Positions 57,822 to 64,000 of a DNA stretch of 64,000 nucleotides are shown in pieces. The notes beneath the pieces were generated by a model that worked only from the letters and a program-made list of their open reading frames with translations, was not told the origin of the DNA and made no database searches. The position numbers were made by a program, and so were the translations under genes. Origin of the DNA: an uncultured Actinomycetota bacterium (GTDB lineage Bacteria > Actinomycetota > Actinomycetes > Streptosporangiales > Streptosporangiaceae). Numbering within the stretch: position 1 is the first letter of the stretch; every line of letters starts with the position of its first letter. Where the stretch lies: the NCBI GenBank assembly GCA_963780555.1, contig CAWACD010000001.1:383741-447740 (forward strand), written 5' to 3'.

Positions 57822-58026
57822 ACCCGCAGTTGCGAATGCTGCGGTGGTGTTGCACCCAGGCACCAGATTTCTCCCGCCTGGACCTGCTATTCCCCTCTTA
57901 CGCTGCGACAAGTGGTCGTATGGTAAGAATCTCCATGGCAAAGTGCGGGCTGGCACAATGTGGCCGTTCAGGCTGGCCTGCGGACCATTCAGGAAGCGCG
58001 AGCCATAGCAGCAGGAGACTGCGGAT

Positions 58027-60618
58027 ATGCCGGTTGCCCAGCACAGCCTCGCGGCCGCGGTGAGCTGGCCGGTTCAGTCGGGACCCGTACCTCCGCTCGT
58101 GCCTTACTACAGCCCCCGCCCGGAGACCGGCTTCGGGGCAGTCGCCGGGCAGTCGGCTGAGCAGCTCACTTCCCTGGTCCGGGCCGAGGAGACCGGCAGT
58201 TATGTCCTGACCGGGCCGGGCGGCACGGGAAAGACCCAGCTGGCCGTCGCCTACGCCCGGTCCCTGTGGCAGTCCCAGGACATCGAGCTGCTCGTCTGGA
58301 TTAGCGGATCCAGCCGCGCGGCCATCCTGACCGGCTACGCGCAGGCCTACCACGACACCAGCCGCGCCGCGGGCGGGCCGGGCTGGGTGACCACCGGGCC
58401 GACCGTCAGCGGCATGGCTCCCGGCGGGATCCACCCCGGTGCCGGGCCCGGGGCCGCGCTGAACGGAGCTGGCCCCGCGGCCGGGCCGGCTGCGCACGCG
58501 AGCTACGGGACGGGCGAGGACCAGGAGGAGATCGCGCACCGCTTCCTGCGCTGGCTCGCCGAGAGCACCCGCTCGTGGCTGGTCGTGATTGATGACCTCG
58601 CCGAGGCTGATCACGCCGCCGACCTGTGGCCCCGCGGTGCGATGGGCCGCACGGTCCTGACCACGCGCCTGCTGCCCGCCGCCATCTCGCCGCCCGGGCA
58701 GCACGCCCGGCTGGTCCAGGTCGGCCCTTACAGTCGCCGCGAGGCACTGGGGTACCTGACCGCGCGGCTGTTCGAGGACACCGCCCAGCGCAACGGGGCG
58801 CTGGACCTGGCCGAGACGCTGAACTGCCTGCCGATCGCGCTGGCCCAGGCCGCGGCGGTGGTGTCCGACCGCCGCATCGACTGCCGGGATTACCGCGGTC
58901 AGTACAGCGAGCGGCGGCAGGCGATGGGCATCAGCCCGGATGCCGGGAACGCCGCCGCGGTCGCGGTGACCTGGTCGCTGTCCCTGGACCGCACCGACCA
59001 GCTGCTGCCCTCGGCGCTGGCCCGGCCGATCCTGGCCATGCTGGCGATGCTGGACGCGAGCGGCATCCCGGTATCGGTACTGACCAGCCCGGCCGCACGC
59101 GAGTACATCGGCAGCTACAGCCCGGACCGGGCCGCCGCGACCGACCAGCAGGTCCGCGGCGTGCTCAGCACGCTGGCCGAGGTCGGCCTGGTGAGCATCG
59201 ACCCGTCCAGCGCGGTACGCACCGTCTACGTGCACTCGCTGGTGCAAGGCTGCGTCCGCCAGGTGCTGCCCCCGGCCGTCCGCGACCAGGCAGCCCGCGC
59301 CGCCGTCGGCGCCATCCTGCAGGCGTGGCCGGACTTCTGCCGCGACGCGCACCTGGATCAGGCCCTGCGGGACGCCGCGGCGGCACTGGCGGCCACCGCG
59401 CCGGAAGTCATGTGGTCAGCGGACGCCCGTCCCCTGCTGCTGCGCGCCGGGCAGAGCCTGGACACGGCCCGGCTCAGCGGGCCCGCCGTGGCCTACTGGC
59501 GGGAGCTGGCCGAGGCCGCCGGGAAGGCCGAGCAGGACGGCGAGGCCGCCGAGGACAGTGACCAGGCGCTGGAGTTCCTGCGGCTGCTGGCTGCCTCCTA
59601 CGAGTCGGCCGGCCGGGTTGACCTGGCGATCGACGTGCTCAGCGAGTCACTCGCCCAGCGCGAGGAGTCAGCCGGTCCCGGTCATCCCGAGACGCTGACC
59701 GCCCGCGGCCAGCTGGCCCGGATGTGCCTGGCCGCCGGGCGGACGGGCGAGGCCATCCCGCTGTTCGAGCGCACGCTGGCCGGCCGCGAGTGGGTCCTCG
59801 GCCCCGACCACCCCGATACCCTCGCCGCCCGCAGCGACCTGGCCTCCGCCTACCGGTCGGCCGGCCGGACCGAGGACGCGATCACCGTGTTCCGGCGCAC
59901 CCTGACCGACCAGGAGCTGATCCTGGGCGAGGATCACCCCACCACGGTGGCCACCCGCGGCAGCCTGGCCTCGGCGCTGCACTCCGCCGGGCGCATCAAG
60001 GACGCGATCCCGCTGTACGTGCAGACCCTGGCCGACCGGGAACGGGTCCTGGGGCCCGACCACCTGGACACCATCACCGCCCGGGGCAACCTGGCGTATG
60101 CGTACCGGTCGGCGGGCAAGCTGAAGGACGCCATCCCGCTGTACGCCAAGACCCTGGCCGACCGGGAGCGCGTGCTGGGGCCCGACCACCTGGACACCAT
60201 CACCGCCCGGGCCAACCTGGCCGCCGCCTACTACAGCGCGCGCAAGCTCAAGGACGCCATCCCGCTGTATGAGCGGACGCTGACCGACCGGCAGCGCGTC
60301 CAGGGCGACGACCACCCGGACACCATGACCGCCCGCGGCAACCTGGCCTCGGCCTACCACTCAGCCGGGAAGCTGGTGGTGGCCACCGAGCAGTACGAGG
60401 CGACGCTGGCCGACTACGAGCGGGTGCTCGGCCCGCATCACGAGAACACGCTGACCTCGCGGGCCAACCTGGCGCTGGCTTACCACTCAGCCCGCCGGGC
60501 CACTGACGCGGTTGCGCTGCTGCGGCGCACGCTCACCGACTGCGAGCAGGCCCTCCCGCCGGAGCATCCGCTGACCCGCTCGGTCCGCGAGAGCCTGGAG
60601 GCAGCCAGCCGCAGCTGA
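58027..60618 (+). CDS. STAND NTPase: NB-ARC ATPase domain + 42-aa TPR array (AfsR-C-terminal/FxsC-like), no recognisable N-terminal effector
   Basis: Walker A GPGGTGKTQLA, Walker B WLVVIDDL, TTR and a GLPLA-like NCLPIALAQAA. These are followed by at least 8 repeats of the HPDTLxxRxNLAxAYxxAGRxxEAIxLYExTL type. Confidence 0.85.
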   Translation: MPVAQHSLAAAVSWPVQSGPVPPLVPYYSPRPETGFGAVAGQSAEQLTSLVRAEETGSYVLTGPGGTGKTQLAVAYARSLWQSQDIELLVWISGSSRAAILTGYAQAYHDTSRAAGGPGWVTTGPTVSGMAPGGIHPGAGPGAALNGAGPAAGPAAHASYGTGEDQEEIAHRFLRWLAESTRSWLVVIDDLAEADHAADLWPRGAMGRTVLTTRLLPAAISPPGQHARLVQVGPYSRREALGYLTARLFEDTAQRNGALDLAETLNCLPIALAQAAAVVSDRRIDCRDYRGQYSERRQAMGISPDAGNAAAVAVTWSLSLDRTDQLLPSALARPILAMLAMLDASGIPVSVLTSPAAREYIGSYSPDRAAATDQQVRGVLSTLAEVGLVSIDPSSAVRTVYVHSLVQGCVRQVLPPAVRDQAARAAVGAILQAWPDFCRDAHLDQALRDAAAALAATAPEVMWSADARPLLLRAGQSLDTARLSGPAVAYWRELAEAAGKAEQDGEAAEDSDQALEFLRLLAASYESAGRVDLAIDVLSESLAQREESAGPGHPETLTARGQLARMCLAAGRTGEAIPLFERTLAGREWVLGPDHPDTLAARSDLASAYRSAGRTEDAITVFRRTLTDQELILGEDHPTTVATRGSLASALHSAGRIKDAIPLYVQTLADRERVLGPDHLDTITARGNLAYAYRSAGKLKDAIPLYAKTLADRERVLGPDHLDTITARANLAAAYYSARKLKDAIPLYERTLTDRQRVQGDDHPDTMTARGNLASAYHSAGKLVVATEQYEATLADYERVLGPHHENTLTSRANLALAYHSARRATDAVALLRRTLTDCEQALPPEHPLTRSVRESLEAASRS
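59998..60375 (+). repeat. three consecutive 126-bp in-frame tandem repeats (TPR units) inside the STAND gene
   Basis: Units at 59998-60123, 60124-60249 and 60250-60375 each start AAGGACGC(G/C)ATCCCGCTGTA. The first two share long identical runs, such as GGGCCCGACCACCTGGACACCATCACCGCCCGG. Confidence 0.7.
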
Positions 60619-60819
60619 GACCCCGGCCCCGGACCGCGGCCCTGCTGGCCGGCCGGAGCGGCCCCGGCCGCGGCACGCAGGACACCCGGCGCGGCTGAGA
60701 CGGGCGCCCGGCGGCCTGCCGAGGCTATCCTGCGGTCATGCGCGAAAGTGAGATCCGGTGGCGCCCGGCTGGCCTCGAGAAGCGCCGCCGCCCCGAGCGC
60801 GCACGGGAAGGTGACTGCC

Positions 60820-61140
60820 GTGGCCTCGGCCCCCCAGCCGGATGAGCTGACGCTGACCATCGCGCGGCACCTGGAAGTCGACTGGGAGTACGTGCGCCGG
60901 CTCGCGGCCGCGGACCCGGAGCAGATCGCCGCGGTGCGCGCAGCCGGCCGCCGCGCCGGGCGGCTGCTCGGCTACAAGATCGCCACACGCCAGTCCGACC
61001 CCGATGAGCAGGACCGGGTCGTGGTCGTCGTGACCGTGCGGGAACCGCCGAGCGAGGAAGACCGCAAGCGCATGCAGGAGCGGTCCCGGCTGCTGATGAA
61101 CCGGGCCTACTCGCACCTGATGCGCCCGGACCCGGAGTAG
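60820..61140 (+). CDS. hypothetical protein (start uncertain: 60748, 60811 or 60820)
   Basis: Track ORF of 130 aa. GGAAGG-N8-GTG at 60820. Coding-like composition, but I recognise no motif. Confidence 0.35.
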   Translation: MASAPQPDELTLTIARHLEVDWEYVRRLAAADPEQIAAVRAAGRRAGRLLGYKIATRQSDPDEQDRVVVVVTVREPPSEEDRKRMQERSRLLMNRAYSHLMRPDPE

Positions 61141-61172
61141 CCCGCCCCCAGCCCGCGGGCCGCAGCGTCGCG

Positions 61173-61868
61173 CTAGGTAAGCCGCCGCTCAGCCGCCCAG
61201 CGGGTCAGCTGATGCCGGGTCGACAGCTGCAGCTTGCGCAGCACGGAGGAGACGTGCGTCTCGACCGTCTTCACCGAGATGAACAGCTCCCGCGCGATCT
61301 CCTTGTAGGTATAGCCGCGGGCGATCAGCCGCAGGACCTCCCGCTCGCGCGGAGTGAGCTGGTCGAGCTCGGAGTCGAAGGACGGCGCTCCGCCGCCGTC
61401 GGGCGGCGCGGCCGCGAAGGCGTCCAGGACGAAGCCAGCGAGCCGGGGCGAGAACACCGCGTCACCGGCCGCCACCCGCCGGATCGCCGCCACCAGGTCG
61501 GCTCCGGAGATCGTCTTGGTCACATATCCGCGCGCGCCCGCCCGGACCACGGCGATGACGTCCTCGGGGGCATCGGAGGCGGACAGGGCCAGGAAGCGGA
61601 CCTGCGGCTGGGTGGCCTTGGTCGCCGTGACCACGAGCTGCCCGCCGCCCGCCGGCAGGTGCACATCGAGCAGGACGACATCCGGCGGGCGGGCGGCGAT
61701 CAGGTCGATGGCCGGCTGCACGTCGTCGGCCTCGCCGATGACCTCAACCTGATCACCGAGCTCCGAGCGGACGCCCGAGCGGAACAAGCCATGATCGTCA
61801 ACGATCAGGACCGTCGGCCGGGCCGCGCCGGGGCCAGGCGCCGCGGCCGGGCGGCCGGGGGCACTCAT
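61173..61868 (-). CDS. two-component response regulator, NarL/LuxR family
   Basis: Receiver VLIVDDHGLFRSGV...DVVLLDVHLP and C-terminal LTPREREVLRLIARGYTYKEIARELFISVKTVETHV. 4-nt overlap with the kinase gene. Confidence 0.9.
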   Translation of the reverse strand: MSAPGRPAAAPGPGAARPTVLIVDDHGLFRSGVRSELGDQVEVIGEADDVQPAIDLIAARPPDVVLLDVHLPAGGGQLVVTATKATQPQVRFLALSASDAPEDVIAVVRAGARGYVTKTISGADLVAAIRRVAAGDAVFSPRLAGFVLDAFAAAPPDGGGAPSFDSELDQLTPREREVLRLIARGYTYKEIARELFISVKTVETHVSSVLRKLQLSTRHQLTRWAAERRLT

Positions 61869-63346
61869 CCCGCCCCCGCCCGGCTGGGCTGGCGTTCCCC
61901 GGCCGCGCGGGGCATCGTGAGGGACACCTCCGTCCCCTCGCCGGGAGCGCTGCGGACTGTCGCGGAGCCGCCCCGGCGGGTCATCCGGGCGTGCACGGAC
62001 TCCGCCAGGCCCTTGCGGTCGGCGGGCACCGCGGAGGCATCGAAACCGCGGCCCCGGTCACGCACGAACAACGACACCTGGGCGGCCTCCACCTCAGCAA
62101 ACACCGAGACGACTTCAGCTCCCGACCATTTTGCCGCGTTCACCGTCGCCTCCCGGCCCGCGGCCAGCAGCGCCCTGAGGTCATCGGTGAGCTCACAGTC
62201 TCCGACCGTGATCGCCTCGATGGCTATCCCGTGCTGCGCCTCGACCTCCTGCTGGATCAGCCTGACTCCGTCCGCGACCGTCATGCCCTCCCCGTCGAGC
62301 GCGCCGGGGGCGCGGCCGTCGAACAGCCAGGACCGCAGCTCTCGCTCCTGAGCCCGGGCCAGCTGGACCACCTGCTGCGGGTCCTGAGCCCGGCGCTGGA
62401 TGAGGGCCAGGGTCTGCAGTACCGAGTCGTGCACCCGGGCGGCCATGTCGGCCCGCTCCTCGGCCCGGGCCCTCGCCTGCCGTTCCACGACCAGGTCCCG
62501 GGCGATGCGCAGCCACCACGGGCCGAGCATGAGCACGATCGCGGCGACGATCAGCAGCAGGCCGGCCAGCGGCCGCAGCAGGCTCACCCGCAGGTGCTCC
62601 GACAGCAGCGTGATCAGGCCGGCCAGCAGCAGCACCCCGGCAATGACCACCCGCCACACAGTCCGGGACCGGGTGGTGCCGTCCAGCAGGCCCGCCAGCG
62701 GCTCGACGTAGTGCCGCATCCGGTCCTGCTCCACAGCGGAGGCGTTCCGCCAGATCAGCACCAGGACGGCCAGCGACAAGATCCACGGTGACAGCAGCGA
62801 GCCGAACCAGCTGGCCGACAGGGCGGAGCCCACCAGCAAGATCACCACGAGCAGCGAGGCCAGGCCCGCGGCGAGCGTGATGCCGCGCCGGTCGGTCAGG
62901 GCCCGGCTGACGATCGAGCCCTTCTCCCCGGCCGCGGGAACCACCAGCCAGGCCAGCACATAGGGCACCGCGCCGAAGCCGCTCAGCAGGGCAGCCAGCA
63001 CGAATACGGTCCGCACCAGGGTGACGTCCCAGCCCATCCGGTCCGCGAGCCCGGCTGCCACCCCGCCGGCCAGGCAGTCCTCCTGAGAGCGACGCAGCGG
63101 CCCGGTACCCCGCGGGCCGCGCCGCCATAGCCGCGGGCCACGGCGGCGGCGGCGCCAGCGGCCGGACCGCCGGCCATCCGGCTGAACCGGGTCCAGCCAG
63201 GGACCGTGCGGGCCGGGACTGGTCCCCGGCAGGCCGGGGCGGCCCGGACTGGCCGGGCTGCCCTGCGGCCCGGGGCCGCCGGGCTGGCCGGGAGCTCCCG
63301 GCCAGGTGCCGTGCCAGTCCGGCGCGGGGCCGGCTCGTTCTGTCAT
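61865..63346 (-). CDS. PspC-domain sensor histidine kinase (LiaS/HisKA_3-like)
   Basis: PspC motif LAGGVAAGLADRMGWDVTLVRTVFVLAAL, TM segments, H-box ARVHDSVLQTLALI, and the ATPase region NAAKWSGA...VRDRGRGF. Confidence 0.85.
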   Translation of the reverse strand: MTERAGPAPDWHGTWPGAPGQPGGPGPQGSPASPGRPGLPGTSPGPHGPWLDPVQPDGRRSGRWRRRRRGPRLWRRGPRGTGPLRRSQEDCLAGGVAAGLADRMGWDVTLVRTVFVLAALLSGFGAVPYVLAWLVVPAAGEKGSIVSRALTDRRGITLAAGLASLLVVILLVGSALSASWFGSLLSPWILSLAVLVLIWRNASAVEQDRMRHYVEPLAGLLDGTTRSRTVWRVVIAGVLLLAGLITLLSEHLRVSLLRPLAGLLLIVAAIVLMLGPWWLRIARDLVVERQARARAEERADMAARVHDSVLQTLALIQRRAQDPQQVVQLARAQERELRSWLFDGRAPGALDGEGMTVADGVRLIQQEVEAQHGIAIEAITVGDCELTDDLRALLAAGREATVNAAKWSGAEVVSVFAEVEAAQVSLFVRDRGRGFDASAVPADRKGLAESVHARMTRRGGSATVRSAPGEGTEVSLTMPRAAGERQPSRAGAG

Positions 63347-63476
63347 ATCTCCATCATGACGCTGACCTCCCGCGCGCGGCTATGCGGGCAATCCCTGATA
63401 TCGGCGGCCCGGGGTCAGGGTCGGGCCAGGGTCGTTCCCGATGGTGAGCCCGGCTCCGGGCGGCGAGGCTGGAGCC

Positions 63477-63779
63477 ATGAACACCACCACCGCACACACC
63501 GAAGCCGATCACACCACCGCCGAGCCCCTGCCCGAGCAGCCGCGCCAGCAGCTGTGCCGTCCGGTCGACGACCGGGTGCTGGCCGGGGTCGGCGCGGGCA
63601 TCGCCCGCTACCTCAGCATCGACGTGACGATCGTCCGGGTCGTCCTGGCCGTGCTCGCCATCGCCGGCGGGTTCGGCGTCCCCCTCTACATCGCCGGCTG
63701 GCTGCTGATCCCGGAGGAGGGCCACGACCGGTCCATCGCCGAGGAGTTCATCCAGTCCCGCGCCGCCCGGTCCCGCTGA
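63477..63779 (+). CDS. PspC domain-containing membrane protein
   Basis: RPVDDRVLAGVGAGIARYLSIDVTIVRVVLAVLAIAGGFGVPLYIAGWLLIPEEG. Divergent from the kinase gene. Confidence 0.8.
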   Translation: MNTTTAHTEADHTTAEPLPEQPRQQLCRPVDDRVLAGVGAGIARYLSIDVTIVRVVLAVLAIAGGFGVPLYIAGWLLIPEEGHDRSIAEEFIQSRAARSR

Positions 63780-63815
63780 CCCGCGCTGACTCTGAGTCTC
63801 AGGAGGTTCACCGAC

Positions 63816-64000
63816 ATGTCCGCACCGTCCAGTGCGCCGTCCACCAAGGATGGCCCGCCCCGGGCCCGAGCCAACTACGCCAACCCCGGCATGCGGATTT
63901 CCGATGCTGAGCGGGCCGAGGTCGCCGACCGGCTGTCCGCGCACTACGGTGACGGCCGGCTGGACTCCGATGAGTTCAGCAAGCGCATGGAGCAGGCAAT
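63816..64000 (+). CDS. DUF1707 domain protein, N-terminal part, runs off the window
   Basis: ATG at 63816 lies 9 nt after AGGAGG. MRISDAERAEVADRLSAHYGDGRLDSDEFSKRMEQA matches the DUF1707 pattern (SD.ERE.v...L..a...GRL...Ef.eR). It is not in the track because there is no stop in the window. Confidence 0.6.
   Translation, partial: MSAPSSAPSTKDGPPRARANYANPGMRISDAERAEVADRLSAHYGDGRLDSDEFSKRMEQA

Noticed and set aside
57898-59352. 484-aa minus-strand ORF antisense to the STAND gene. Similar long antisense ORFs occur at 3736..4977, 19876..21093, 21970..23844, 26816..28618, 32290..33810, 43399..44619 and 44954..46843.
   Set aside because: They are Arg/Gly/Pro/Ala-rich with no recognisable motifs. 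They lie opposite ORFs with clear family signatures. These are the classic stop-poor shadow frames of high-G+C DNA.
59560-60600. Regularly spaced repeats that could be mistaken for a CRISPR-like array
   Set aside because: The period is 126 bp, in frame, encoding 42-aa TPR units within a continuous ORF. There is no repeat/spacer structure and no cas genes.
1-64000. Search for tRNA/rRNA genes, transposases, integrases, IS inverted repeats and CRISPR arrays
   Set aside because: Reading the intergenic regions and the ORF translations, I recognised none. A tRNAscan or Infernal run would be needed to exclude small RNAs formally.

Overview
Densely coding, very high G+C segment (about 70% by eye) that looks like an actinobacterial chromosome. 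Supporting signs are frequent GTG starts, 4-nt ATGA/GTGA gene overlaps, IdeR/DmdR-type iron boxes, and mycothiol-, F420- and PspC-type families. I support about 60 protein genes and found no rRNA, tRNA, CRISPR array, transposase or integrase.

Main blocks, in order:
- 1-1.7 kb: DNA repair and foldase genes.
- 1.8-15 kb: a GntR-controlled divergent catabolic island. One arm has an FMN oxidase, a formamidase and an SDR. The other is a ten-gene translationally coupled operon with a split CUT2-type ABC transporter, three amidohydrolases, an isochorismatase-like hydrolase, a class IV aminotransferase and an RraA/LigK-like protein.
- 15-18.6 kb: an efeUOB iron-uptake operon riddled with frameshifts, behind intact tandem iron boxes.
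- 19-21 kb: a lower-G+C islet with two Roadblock/LC7-like genes and a PATAN/DUF4388-like gene, with no GTPase nearby.
- 21-47 kb: assorted metabolism and regulators, including thiolase/NMO, ArsR-SRPBCC, ADH/SDR/TetR, a 1140-aa GH15 glucodextranase, an ACAD pair, ppc and an acyl-CoA ligase.
- 47-56 kb: psuK/psuG, an S53 peptidase, and a small Smr / APH / P-loop trio.
- 56-61 kb: a C5 DNA methyltransferase next to an NB-ARC-TPR STAND NTPase.
- 61-64 kb: a PspC-type envelope-stress two-component module.

At least 12 genes carry frameshifts, so either the assembly has indel errors or there is real gene decay. The most interesting candidates are the Roadblock/PATAN trio, the split-transporter catabolic operon, the methyltransferase-STAND pair, the hyper-frameshifted efeUOB locus and a repeated twin-hairpin intergenic element. 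All product calls come from reading motifs by eye; no database search was possible.
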